Source: Hydrolagus colliei
Lineage: Eukaryota
Assembly (NCBI GenBank): GCA_035084275.1
Contig: CM068744.1
Span: 108,624,001 to 108,688,000 of the forward strand
DNA: 64,000 nucleotides
Direction of reading: 5' to 3'
Shown here: in pieces, positions 13,775-26,499 of the stretch
Layout: each line of letters starts with the position of its first letter
Position numbering within the stretch: the first letter of the stretch is position 1
Position numbers and translations under genes: made by a program
Notes under the pieces: generated by a model
The model's input: the letters and a program-made list of their open reading frames with translations, nothing else
Databases searched by the model: none
Told to the model about the DNA's origin: nothing

Positions 13775-13903
13775 CTTCGTGTCTGCTGCTCTTTCTTTTC
13801 AGCCATTTCTCAACGGTTTCGATATTCACACTGTCAGACACAAATTCATCCAGCACGTGGGGATGAAGGGAAAGGTACGCCTTTACTTTTTCATCTGTCA
13901 GAC
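13775..13903 (-). CDS. PDE10A: Internal coding exon of cAMP/cGMP phosphodiesterase 10A (first common exon after the alternative N-termini)
   Basis: Translates as (x)[42 protein letters not shown], close to mammalian PDE10[38 protein letters not shown]. Acceptor ttttgcag|GT and donor GAAG|gtaggt; 129 nt, phase 1-1. Neighbouring exons were not found in the window. Confidence 0.96.
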
Positions 13904-14109
13904 CTGCAAAACATACAAGACAATGAAAGTGTGTGTGAGAGTGAGAGAATGGTGCACATATAGCGAACTGCTGGGAAGTGGACACATTCCATGAAGTTTT
14001 ATAGAACAGCTGGTATGAATGTGCTGTAGATCACTGCTGTGGGTGCTGCACCTTGACCATACAAATTCCTGCCAAAACAGAAACTAAGAGCAGAATGACC
14101 ATTACTGGG

Positions 14110-14734
14110 CAACGGGGTATAGAGTACAAAAGTCAGGAAGTGCTGACTAACCTCTATAGGACTTTGGTGAGGCCTCAGCTGGAATACTGTGTTCAATTCT
14201 GGTCACCACACTACAGAAAGGATGTGAAGGCATTGGAAAGGGTACAAAGAAGATTTACTAGGATGGTGCCAGGATTGAGGGACTTCAGCTATGAGGAGAG
14301 GCTAGATAGGCTAGGGTTATTCTCTCTGGAGCAGAGAAGATTGAGGGGAGACCTAATAGAGGTTTATAAGATCATGAGGGGTTTCGACAGGGCAAATAGA
14401 GAAAAACTATTTCCACTCGTGGGTGAATCTGTGACTCGTGGTCACAGATTTAAAATAGTTTCAAGGCGCAGTAGAGGGGAGCTGAGGAGAAATTTTTTCA
14501 CTCAGCGAGTTGTTCGAATCTGGAATGCATTGCCTGAAAAGGTGGTGGAGGCTGATTCGATAACAACTTTTAAAAGGGAATTAGATCTTTATTTAGGGAG
14601 AACGGGTCTATTAGGCTATGGGGAGCGGGCAGGGCAGTGGGATTGAATCGCTCTTTTCAAAGAGCCGGCACAGACTAGATGGGCCGAATGGCCTCCTTTT
14701 GTGCCGTAAAATTCTATGATTCTATGATTCTATG
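14110..14734 (+). mobile_element. Young CR1 LINE, 5'-truncated, with intact ORF2 C-terminus
   Basis: LYRTLVRPQLEYCVQFWSPHYRKDVKALERVQRRFTRMVPGLRDFSYEERL...LRGDLIEVYKIM open to the stop at 14646; three ATTCTATG tail units. Confidence 0.96.
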
Positions 14735-16547
14735 CATAACTATTTTTATTTGATAAGTGAGTTAACCGTTGAAAAGAAAATTCTCTTGGGACATTTAGCA
14801 ATGGGAAGGCTTGACTTTAAAAGAAAACAAACATGAAATTAAAACATTCATTCTCCATTAACTTTGTATGTAAGAATGTACACCGAGAATGTTTTCCTCA
14901 TAATTGAACAATATATTTTTTTAAATCCTTAGATAAACTGTTGTGTTTCGTGGACGTGGCTGTTTCTGCGTCAGTAGCAGATGGCATGGTTAAAATTTAG
15001 CTTCATTTAGATGCGTCTTTGCCACAAAAACTCCCTATGGTTATAGGCTTGCACTGATTTAGCATATGAAAAACAGATGTGTGCAGGGAGCCAAGCATCA
15101 TCATGCACAAGTTCCAGGTCAGCCCCTCCCAGGCACACAGATTCTTACATAAACTTTTTAAACTTTTGTTTGGTGGGTGGTGGGTGACGACAGGAGAAAT
15201 CATGGCATAGCCTTGAGAAAAATGCTTTTAAAAAATAAATAAAACCTACTCTATGATGTGACTCGAATGTCCCACACAATGTCCTGGGATAAAAAAAAGC
15301 TTGCAAGATGCACAGGCATCTATGGTTCTGGGTTTTAGTTCTGGTAGCCAGAACTACATTTTTTTTAAATTCTAATATGAACATTTTCTGTGTACTTTTT
15401 GAACAAACACTCGCATCCATGTTTAACACGTTTCAGACAGAGTTCATTCTTTGATAAAAAGCTACATCAATATTATAAATCCAAATTTAGTTGCAGAGAA
15501 CAAAGAGCCTCCAAATTGTGAGGTTGTAAATACTGTATGTGCAAATATTTCAGAAGCACAGATGAACGTTACAACTGTCAAAAATTGCTACAAGATTCTC
15601 ACAGATTTGATACAGAAATATTGACTAAACCCTGTGTTTTCTTAAGAGCTATTTGCAAACAATAACCTGGACTTGTAAAGCACCCTTCAGGTAAAATAAA
15701 ATGTCTGTGTGCTGTATCGTGGCCAGGTGGGATGCAAGAAGGAGGTGACCATAGGTGGTCAGCAGCAGACTGGAAACATAAAAGGCTTAAATATTTGTTT
15801 CATTCAGAATTCACTTTAATCCCAGAATCCCAGATCGCTGAACATCTGGGATTCCATTAACAATAATTTTTGAAACAATTGTTATTTTTCTAAGTAGTGT
15901 TGCGAACAAATGCAAGTCCCTTAGTTGAAAACTGAAATGTTCATGCCCTCTACTGCTGGAATCTGGATACTGCCTACCTACATTCAAAGGCCCCTCTGCC
16001 AAATAGGATCACTTCTACTTTTTATATACTGCATCCTGGCTGTGTTGAGCAGGGTTAGGCACCACATTATTCACTATTACTGCAACTTATTGATTTGCCT
16101 TTGATTTAATTCTTGTTCCAAAATAAAGTCCTGTCCCAAGCTAAAGATTCTCAGCACAACAGATTATGTTATTCCTAATACCTCAGGGAACTTCCATCGC
16201 CCTACAAACTATGTTTTTCTTTCAAAAAGCATTCAGCTTTTCAAAAGATGACTAACACATGACTTAAAATTTGACTGCAATTTGAGTGGCCCAAACTCAT
16301 GATGTGTGATGCAGTATGTCATTATTGGGCTGAACACTATAACCCATTCAATTATTTACAGAATAAACATGCACAAGCATCAAAACATTAACTAGAAAAT
16401 GCTGTCAGGAATTACAATATCAAACTGTGCTTATAATTGAGCTACTGTTACTGAACTATTGCATCAACTATCTCTTTACACTTTTATGCACGATATTGAG
16501 GTCAGTTTAGCCATGTATTCAATTTTAGCACAACAGATGGATTCACT

Positions 16548-16606
16548 TGTGTGTGTGTGTGTGGGGGGTGTGGGGGGGGGGGGGGGGGGGGGTGGCTGAG
16601 GGGGGA
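16548..16606 (+). repeat. (TG)n microsatellite followed by a poly-G tract
   Basis: tgtgtgtgtgtgtg followed by a run of about 21 G. Confidence 0.9.
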
Positions 16607-16809
16607 GAGGTAGAACTCAATTCCCTCAACCCCCAACATTTATTTTGAAAAAGTGTATCCAAATCTATTTCTATTACTCTCCCCATTGACATTTGCCTCT
16701 CTGCTCTTACACAAAAAGCTATAGAACTGGGTATTTATATTGTCATCTCTCAGCATTAGCAAACACTTGTAAGCAGAATCTTTCCTTTGGCAACCTTGTA
16801 ACTTGTGCT

Positions 16810-16960
16810 TATAATGATAAAAATCCTTGCATTTGATGTAGAGCCTTTTCACGTCTTCAACGCATCTCAAAAGTGTTTCACAGAATATACCGTAAAGTGA
16901 ATTAACTGTACATTTTGTGGGAGAAACACGGCAGCCAATTGCACATAACAGGGTCCCACA
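16810..16960 (-). mobile_element. SINE 3' fragment (major family)
   Basis: AATCCTTGCATTTGATG...AAAGTGAATTAACTGTA...GCAGCCAATTGCAC. Confidence 0.82.
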
Positions 16961-17723
16961 ACCACTCTGGTCATCAACTAAGGTCCCTTGTAAGAATTAA
17001 TTACTTCAAATTAATTATTCTGCATCCAGGTCACTTTACTGGACTCTCTTTGAAAAACAAATGCCAGCATATTGACTAAATATTAAAGCAAGGCAATACT
17101 TTTATTTCATTAAAATTTAAACACCAGCATTATTGACACAGTATGTTACAGAATCAAATGAATGGGCAATTTAACTTTGACCTTCCATAACAGTGCAAAC
17201 TTTAGAGTAAAAGACACAGAAAGGGTTTGACAAACAATGAGAAGAATAAAAGTCATAAATGGAGTACTGTCTTCTCCCATATAAACCAAACTTATTTTAC
17301 ATGAGTGAGGAAACGACATGTGTGCCAGATGCCATGCAGAATTGGATAATTTCCCAAATGAATATACATCGCTGTAATAAAATAGAATGGAGGGTTTTCT
17401 TTTTGAAAACTGGCCTTTCCTTAGATTTTTAATGAAGTTTCTTATATTTAGCCTTTTGGTAGTAACTTGTCAAATGGGGAAGATTGCTTAGCTCATTTGC
17501 ATAATTAGCATGTATTACATGTTAATTGGTACTTCGTTAGTCTAACACTTTGAGCAAGAACTGTTCTCTTGACTAACAATCTTCAGATTACAGTAAACCA
17601 GCTAAACATGAACCAGAAAACATTCCTTCACACACAAAGTGTGTTCAGTTTGTGGATGTTATGGCATTCCTTAACATCTCTTACCTCTTGAAGAATTAAA
17701 AAAAAATACCCTCTCACTGATCT

Positions 17724-18102
17724 AATAATAATAATCCTTGCATTTTATATAGTGCCTTATCAGGTCATCGGGATGCCTCAAAGTGCTTCACAAAATAAAC
17801 TGTAAAGTGAATTGATGGCACTCTGTGGGCAAATTGCAGCAGCCGATCGCGCACTGGATTACCCCACAAACATTCGTGGAGTTTGACCAAATTGAGCCAC
17901 CAAATTATTATCGTTTTTATTTTATTTTTTGAAAGGATTATTACCACAGGCAATGATTCACCGATCGACTAATAACCATGTTCCTAGTTACTGATAAGGA
18001 AACAGAGGAGGGGTGTGTAACGAAATCCGTGCAAGGAATGAAACCCTGGTCCTCTCGCTTATGGGGAGAGTGCTTTAACCAATATGCTAAAGAATTCCAC
18101 GA
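17724..18102 (-). mobile_element. SINE, long variant with extra central segment
   Basis: Major-family tail and body plus GTTCCTAGTTACTGATAAGGAAACAGAGG segment and a degenerate tRNA head. Confidence 0.72.
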
Positions 18103-20659
18103 GGGAACACAGTCAGCAATGAATGAGGGCTGAAATGCGACAGAAACAGAGCTGCATCAGAAAAAGCTTCCAAAATTCAAATATTTAATAAAAATAAATA
18201 ATAATAATAAATATTTCAAGTGAGGCATAATAGAATGTACAGTCAATTCACTTCAGTTTATTCTGTGAAGCGCTTTGAGGCATCTAGAAGATATGCTATA
18301 TCAACTGCAAGAATTATTATAACAGTCCAACCAGGTTCCTTAGATAAAGCAAGATTACCCACTCATTCCAGATTTACCACAAGACTAGTGCACCCAGAAC
18401 TAGTTGGCAGTTTTCTTTCTCTAGTGAAGCTAGTCTAGACTATTTCTTCAACCTTTGTACATCTATAAAATGAAATCAGCAAGCTCTAGAGGACAGATAT
18501 CACACCAAAGCCAGTAAATCTCCTCAATAGAAAAATCTAAATCTGTCCAAATTACAGCGTCACAGAAATGCACTGAGCCAAGAAGCATCAGCTCTAGGGA
18601 CATGAGAAAGCAAGGCTTTTAGATCTACAAACAATGCATTGAAACAGTTCAATGAATGGCATAGAAATTCTGCCCAATCTGCCATACATGTGGCCAAATC
18701 ATTTCAGGGTGCTTTTTGGCATTTGTTAACAGGTCTGGATTAAGACACAAAGTATTAGCCAAGTCTGTATAGTGGGCTATGGACACGCAGTCCATGATAG
18801 ACTCATAATATCTCAGTAGGTGCTTGGCAATGTGGGCACACTTATTTGTTTTCCATTTAGTCAGCATGCAAAGCTCGTCACTAGACTGTAAAAAAAATAA
18901 GGAGTAAATGAACCAATTTACAGATTATATCTGCTGCTTTGGATACGATGGTGTACATGCTGGTTCTCACTCCAATGTTATCAAAACCACCTTATTATCA
19001 ATGTCAAAAAGCAGAATAGACACCATAGAAATAAAACTGCCAATCAAGCCACAGTGGCTGAAACGCTCCTAAACGCAACCTGTTCAGTTGCAAAGCAACT
19101 TTTTTTTAAAAAAAACAACTGTTCTAATCTTCCCAGTGATTGAAATGATATACCATTAGTAGGTAGGCAAGAGAAAGCTTTTAGAAACAAAATCAGAAAC
19201 TGTTTTGGTAAATACTTTATCCATAATGTGACAAATCATTTTATTCCAATTATTCGGTTTGATACTATTGGGAGTTTTACATTTTTGTCTTCTGGCTCTT
19301 GACTGTGTTGAGAGCTGCTCCACCATAGGGAAATAGAGAACAGGAGAGATTTGTCAAATAGAAAGTACCCCACAGTTAAAGGAGTGATAGTATAATACTG
19401 TAATAATCTTTACATTTGATATCACGCTTTCATGTCTTCTAGACATTTCAAAATACTTCACAGAATATACTATAAAGTGAATTGACCATATACATGTGGG
19501 CGAAATATAAATATATCAGGAAACAGCATTATTTGTAAGTAACAAATGGAAGATGTATTTTATTCTCTAGAGTAGTTGAGTTTACTCACAAATTAAATAT
19601 AACTCCCATACTTTTCTTTTTAACTGCGATTAACCTTCATGGTCCAACAATAACTTGCATACTATTATAGGTTTCAATCTGACTCATTTGGTAGCACTCA
19701 TGCCTCTCAGTCAGAAGATTGTAGGTTTATGACATTGATATGTTGAATGCATTATCAGAGGGACCATATTATGGTTGATATTACAGAAGATTATAATTAT
19801 AATAGATAAAGTTGAATTTAAATATGTTCAGGTCAAGGAGGCAGGTCAAGAAAGCAGGATTATGAAGGTCAATTTCACAACAAAACCAGAGGTTTTTCTT
19901 TACACAGAAGTAATAATGACTGGAATAGTTAACCAGAAAGGTAGGCAAGGCCAACACACTCAAGTTATTTAAGAAACAGCTTTAATTCAGTAATGGAAAG
20001 ACTGTAAGATTGGTGTTCTGGAAGGTTGAGATCAAAAGGGTAGAGAGAGGCCACTCTTCATGCAAGCCACTCTTCTGAACTAAATTAATTCTAAATTTCT
20101 TGGCAGTTTGACTTGAACTAGCATTGAGAAAGGGGGCGAAAAAAAAAGATCAAAGAATTACAATTGTAAGTTCACAGCAATTCGGGAACTCCGGGACATG
20201 TACAATAGCTCCTTCAGCAATCTAAAAAAAGTCACATTGTTCTCAAGAGTACAATAGCTGGCCCACTCATCCTTTCATCCAGGTTACTAAAACCTCATGT
20301 CTAGCACACAGCCTGGCACAGACTGAAGTGGATAAAAATATCAACTCTGTGGAAATGCTCCTACACAAATGAGGCTGAAACTAAGACCCTTAATTCCTTC
20401 AAACTTCTATAGGTGATCTGAACCATAAAAAAAAAGACCTTTTGTGGCTCACTTTAAGTTCAATAACACAGAGCAACGATTGGAGGAAGGTTTTAGCAAT
20501 GATGTGATGGTGATGAATCATTCATTCACTTAAAATGTAATTTATCTGGGCATTATAACCTTTTGACATTTTCTTTCTGTAAAAGAAATCTGAGAATACT
20601 TGAATTAAAGCACATCATATACTGATATAGAGTTGTGCAAACATTAAAAATAATTTATC

Positions 20660-20800
20660 TATAACCAGGAAACACTTCTTCACTCAGAAGGTAGTGAATT
20701 TATGGAATTCTCTACCCCAAAAGGATGTAGATGCACAGCCGTTGAACATATTCAAGACTGAGATTGATAGATATCTCATGGATAGAGGGATGAAGGGAAA
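20660..20800 (+). mobile_element. Old CR1 3' fragment
   Basis: TTCTTCACTCAGAAGGTAGTGAATTTATGGAATTCTCTACCCC...TTCAAGACTGAGATTGATAGA (FFTQKVVNLWNSLP). Confidence 0.78.
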
Positions 20801-21454
20801 GGCTTTAGAATTGAAACATGTCATCGTACAGAACATCGAATAAACCTTGTGGTTATTTCTTTCTGAAAATGGGTACCCAAACTTGTACAAAAATACTCAA
20901 TTTGAAGCTTAACTACAGTGTGGTACTCATTCATTTGTTTAACGATCGATCCGCTGGTTTAAAACTCAAAATGTTCACAGCAACAAACTATCCAGAAAGA
21001 CAGAGCTCACATAATTTCAATGATGACTTGCAAATGGCAAGTTTCTTTTTAAAATGCTGATATAATTGAAATCATTGGTCTGGAAACTATTTCTCCCACC
21101 ACATTGCTCAGTCCAGCAACAATCTTATAGTATAGATATCCAAGAGATGACCTGATTACAGTAAACGCACCTTTGGATTACTCATCTAAATTGATATTAG
21201 TTTGATATATTCTGTTTCAGTGAACTTAGCAACCAGCCAGTTAATATTATAGTTGAAGACAGAGACTTTCTCCATACCAGCCCGTGTCTGGGAAGGCAAA
21301 CAGTTTTCATATTGTTCACCATAAAAATACAACTCATTCGTGGTTGCATGATTGTTTTTCATTTCCCTCCTTGAATTAATGTGGCAAACTGACAGCTGCC
21401 TTTTGAGATCTGGGCACCAAAACCACATTCTAAACAGAGCTAAACAGCGGGAAT

Positions 21455-21477
21455 CAGCTGTTGATGACGTCAGGTCA
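21455..21477. promoter_or_regulatory. Candidate composite E-box / CRE / nuclear-receptor half-site
   Basis: CAGCTG (21455-21460) and palindromic TGACGTCA (21465-21472) overlapping AGGTCA (21472-21477) in sequence I did not recognise as repeat; motif evidence only. Confidence 0.3.
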
Positions 21478-22289
21478 CAATGGGAAATCAGCCTCTGGCC
21501 AGAGCAGGGTCTCAGGGATAAAGCTTATCAAATTACAGCATCCTAGACAGGGTTTGAGAATGCTGCATTCGATAGATTTTTTTTTAAAAAAAGACAGCAA
21601 CTACTGTAAATACCATCCCTAGCAGTGTTTGTACACCAAATAACAACCACAACAAAATTACATTTGTATAGTTCCTTTTATGTCGGGAAGACGTCGCAAG
21701 TGAATGCTGCTTTAGTAGGCTGACAAAATGTTATGTTCTTAAAAGGTGAAACAGTATGAGAAAAATATGTGATCCGTGGAAGTAAGGAGGCCAGAGATAT
21801 GGATTGGATGAATACTCTGCTTTTTTTGTAGATCAGCGAGCAGCTATTCAGAACTTTCCCACTGTAGTAAGAGTGGGTTGGATAGATTACAGTTTAAAGA
21901 AGTAAAAGCTCAAATGACCTTTACTTGATAATCATTTTCTTATGTGCTTATTACCCCCAGTTGAATCTTTGCTTTGTAACACTGAGAAGATGCAACTAAA
22001 CTGATCAAAGAACAGCTCTCCACGTTGGTCTTCAAATCAGTAGTGTTTCTTTTAAAAACATCAGTGTGTCATTATTTTTCAGATTTTCTCACCACAACCA
22101 GATGTTTCCCCCGCTTCTGATCCCAAGCTTCTTCTTGCTGGGTGCAGATCCATGTGCACGAATTGCCTTTGCACCCAAACGTGGGGGCCTTGCCAATAAG
22201 TCACAGCTGGCCATAGAAAACATCACTGCTGACCTCTCCCAACCCAACTGCCACACATTTGTGGTAAGGAGTGTTAAAGGGGGACTTTG

Positions 22290-23362
22290 CTACTCTTCAC
22301 TTCTTCCTCTCCTACCATTCTCTTCACGAGCCCCTCCAATCGGGTTTCCAAACTGCTTTGATCAAGGTGACAAATGGCATCATGTGCCTCCTCGTCTGTC
22401 TTGACTTCTCTGCTGCCTTCAATACCGTGGACCACTGCATCGTCCTCCACCACCTCCCCCCTCTCACCTGATTCTGTACTTGAATGGTTCAGGTCTTATC
22501 TCTCACACCGTCTCCAACCTGACTCCACCAACGGTTTCTCTTCCAGTCTCCGCTTCTCTGGCATTGGCAGCATCACTTTCTGGCTTCCGGGAATGCATAC
22601 TCCACCTCACCAAGCCAGTCAGGAACTTGGGCATCTTCTTTGGACCTCAACTGTCCTTTCCCCCCATATCCGTGCCATGACCTGCTCTGCCTTCCCCCAC
22701 CTCTGCAACATTGCTTGACTCCGCCACTGCCTCACCCTTCAGGCCGCCAAAACCCTCATACATCTCACCTTAAGGCTTGACCTTGGACTCTCCCTCCTTG
22801 TCAGCCTCCCTAACTATTCCCTCCACAAGCTGCAGATAACCCAGAAATCTGCAGGATGTGTCCTTTCCTGCATCAGGCTTCACGATCCCATCAACCCCAC
22901 CCTTGCCTGACTCCAATGCCTCTTCATCCCTCAGATAGAATTTAAAATTTGCGTCCTCAGGTTCAAGTCGCTCCATGGCTTTGTCCCTTCCTACCTCTCT
23001 GACCCACTAACTGCCTATTGACCTGTCCACTCTCTCTGTTCAGCAGGCTCCATTCAGCAGGCTCCGGCCTGCTCTATATGTGTCCCATCCAACCGACACT
23101 ACCATCAGCAGCTGGGTTTTCAGCCTCTCTGCCCCCATCCTTTGGGACTCAATCCCACAATTCCTTTGCTTTGCTCCCTCCCTTGCCTCTTTCAAGGCAC
23201 GACTCAAGACCCTTCTTATCAACCATGCCTTTAGCTACCCTCCTACCTATCTGCCCTCCCTCATCCCAACTATGCCCCCCACACCCTGATCCCTGAAGGT
23301 TCAGCGTCTTGGGTCATCTTCCTGATGTGAAAGGCACTTTAAACATGTAATTGTGTTGTTGT
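22290..23362 (+). mobile_element. L2 LINE 3' region (RT remnant plus tail), frameshifted
   Basis: LQSGF..TALIKVTN..LDFSAAFNTVDH; VLEWFRSYLSHR; LWDSIPQ..LASFKARLKT; tail ATGTAATTGTGTTGTTG. Confidence 0.92.
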
Positions 23363-23379
23363 AGTAACTGTTGCTGGTG

Positions 23380-23800
23380 ATATATTCCCCAACTCTGTGA
23401 AAAGACACAAGGACAACTCCAAACTCCTCTTCTCTGCCATCCACTTTAACATGCCTTACCCATCCTCTCATCTAACCTTAAATGTGAGAAGGTGATGGAT
23501 GATCCTCAAGTCCAAAATTGAGGGGAATCTGCTCTACTGCCTCTGCCCCTTCTACTGCTAACCCCTCCACCCTCTGGAGACATTCACCTCCCTCAATAAT
23601 TTTGATATTTCCCCCTCTTCTCTCAACTCCATCATTTCCTAAATAAAACCCACCATCTGCTTCCTTGAATCCATCCCATTCTCTCTTCTTACCTCCCAGC
23701 TCCACTTCTTTCCCCCCCCTACTACCAGACATCATCAATATCTCTCTGTCCGTTGGCACAATTACCAACCACTTAAAAATAGCCTTTATTACGCTCTTCC
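23380..23800 (+). mobile_element. Degenerate L2 ORF2 middle fragment
   Basis: Pyrimidine-rich AAACCCACCATCTGCTTCCTTGAATCCATCCC...GACATCATCAATATCTCTCTGTCC resembling the pre-RT region of L2. Confidence 0.55.
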
Positions 23801-23929
23801 CAACTTTTCTGACAGGTCTATAGAGATCAATGACATGCAAAAGTCACCACTGATATATTGTATAATGGACAGTTACAACAAAAATAGTGCTCCTGCTGTA
23901 AACCATTTGTCACAAGTGGCTCAAAATAA

Positions 23930-24360
23930 GAACGACAACTTGCATTTATAGAGCACCCTCCATCCAGAGTGCTTACAACATCGAGGAGAGAGTTCCTGTA
24001 ATCGAGTCTGGAAGTGATAAAGGCGTGGATGAGAGTTTCGGCAGCATGGGGGGGGGTGAGGTAGTAGCGGAGTCTGGCAATATTGCGGAGGTGGTGGAAG
24101 GCTGTGCCAGTCATGGAGCGGATGTGGGGAGGAAGGATAGTTTGGGTTTGAACAAGACGCCCAGATTCCTGATTGGCTTTGAGAGGTGGAGAGAGCAGCC
24201 TTGAACGCTGATGTTGTCAGTGCCTGAGGTGCGAAGGTGCTGACGTGAGCCAATCAGGAGGGCCTCCGTATTGTTGACAGTGGTGGAGCCTGACTCCAAG
24301 CTGGGGGGGTGGGGAATGGCAGAGGTGTAAGTAAAGTCGAAGAGAAGCTTTTCAGGCAGA
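23930..24360 (-). mobile_element. L2 fragment
   Basis: [37 protein letters not shown]. Confidence 0.88.
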
Positions 24361-24369
24361 ACTTAAAAA

Positions 24370-25225
24370 AGAGAGAGAATGGGCAAGTCGGAGGGATTGA
24401 GAGAGTGTTCTAGAGTTTTGGGGAATAGTGGCTGAAAGCGCGACATCCAGTGGTGAGGCAGAGGATACATGGACAAATGTATCGCTGACGGGAGCCACCG
24501 GAGGCCGGTGAGGTCGAGCAGCGGCTCGATGTGGTGGATTGAGGGGTGAGGAGGTCGGAGAGGTAGGGAGGTGCCAGAGAGTGAAGGGATTTCAACACGT
24601 GTGAGGATCTTCAAGTTTATCCGTTTGGTGATGGGGAGCCAGCAGAGCCTGGCCAGAACTGGAGAGATGTGGGTACAGAGTTTGGTCCATATACAGAGTA
24701 TGTGGGTGGCAGAGTTGTGAATGAGCTGAAACTTTTGAATGGTGGAGCTAGGGAGAACAGTGTGTGGAGTGTGTTGGATGAATCCAAGCGGGATGTGACA
24801 AGTGAATGCATAATGGTTTGGGCTGCTTTTGGTGTAAGGTACGATTGGAAGTGGGCAATGTGACGTAGGTGCAAGAAGGTGATCCTGGTCAGGGAATGAA
24901 TATGGGGGAAGACGGACAGGTGGGGGCCAAACCGGATGCCGAGATTGTGCATTGGCTCGCTGAGTCCAAGGGAGAGTCCAGAGGATTGCAGTTAAATCCG
25001 CAGGAGTGAAGACGTTGATGGGAGCCAAGGGGTATGGCTTCTGTGTTGTCCACAAACAGCTGCAGGAAATTTGCACTTATCCAGGCCCTGATGTCTGCCA
25101 GACGAGCCGACAGAATAACGGCGGATCTAGACTTGGTACTGGAGTAGGCAAAGCACATTTGTATGTCATCTGCATACAAGTTTACCTCATGTCTGTGGAT
25201 GACATCGCCCAAGAATTTCCAGGGG
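24370..25225 (-). mobile_element. L2 RT and C-terminal fragment
   Basis: GDVIHRHEVNLYADDIQ (YADD motif), LADIRAWISANFLQL, HISPVLARLCWLPITKRINLKIL. Confidence 0.92.
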
Positions 25226-26307
25226 AACTCTAATACACATCTCCCATGGTTGGATCTCCTTTGCTTCAGCAGAGATGGCTCCTATCACAAACTGTTGCTG
25301 AAGTCAAAGTTCATCTTGGTATTCGTACAACGCTACATTATGCTTGATAAAGTTAATTGCAATTTTTCTCCCACCTACTGAGGCCTGTCAGTACCGATCA
25401 GTTTAATGTGTCCTAGTGCATTGCTCTTCAACCTTCAGTACAGTAGCATACCACATTTTAAACCATTTCTGCAAACTGTTTTACTGATTTAATTACCTGG
25501 CTTCCAACACATTAACCGGACATTGATCAATTTAAATAATACAGTACATCAGAAAACATTTGTCACAAAATCCACTGATAAACAGTTGAAATTCCAGTCG
25601 TTTTACAGAATATTACAGGTGTTAAGAGTATTAATCGGACTATTGTTGACTATGACCATAATTTAGAGCATCTGTCAATTTAAAAAAAACTATTTTTAAA
25701 AGCCCTTTGTTTTAGAGACCACAAACTTTACACCTCTTTCTTTATGAAGGTTTTATACAAACAATAGCCTTCTAGGGGTTTAGTGAAATATTAACTATTG
25801 ACCTGAGCCCAATTTAAAATATATATCAGAGGTGTTGTGGCTGTTGTTTTTCTGCCAATAAAATTATCACTTGAATAGCACGAGCAAGAATATTAGACAG
25901 AGTACCATGGAAATTCTACGACTTTTTAAAAAAAAACGTAAGTTTACATCGCGTTGCCACTGTCAAAGATCAAATGAAGAAAAGTAATCAAGACTTATTT
26001 GAAACTGTAAGCAAGCTAAATCAGGGGGAAATGCAATTTTGCTCAGTCTGCGAGGCTCGGCACACATGGTAACGAGTGGGCGTTAATCTTCAGTTACCTT
26101 GCAAAGTGTTGACATTTTGGCAGAGTGTTGAGACATCTGTTTCAATAATGGTATTTGTGGCAGTTGCTAGTTCATTATTGGAGGAAGAGAGCATGAGGCT
26201 TTTTGCAGGCCCCAGTGTCACAGATCTGAACCTCACAAGAGGAGCACTCTCAGTCGAGACAAAGTTTCTCTGATGAGGCATTAACAGCACAGTGACCAAG
26301 ACAACTG

Positions 26308-26438
26308 AAATTGGCTGCCGCGTTTCTCCCATAAACATATAGTCAATTCACTTTACAGTATACTCTGTGAAGTGCTTTGAGACGTCTAGGAGACGTGAAA
26401 AGCGCTTTACCAAATGCAAGGATTATTATTATTATTAT
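26308..26438 (+). mobile_element. SINE 3' fragment (major family)
   Basis: AATTGGCTGCCGCGTTTC...GAGACGTCTAGGAGACGTGAAAAGCGC...GGATTATTATTATT. Confidence 0.88.
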
Positions 26439-26499
26439 TCTAACTGACTGTCTGCTGTGAAGTTGCGGTTTATGCACTTCTTTCAGGCTTTGTCTAGGT

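Noticed and set aside
14053-14646. 197-aa ORF as a host gene
   Set aside because: It is the C-terminal part of CR1 ORF2; the start codon lies in flanking DNA and the RT core is absent
21186-21428. 80-aa minus-strand ORF next to the CRE as an alternative first exon
   Set aside because: No convincing donor before the stop and no recognisable homology
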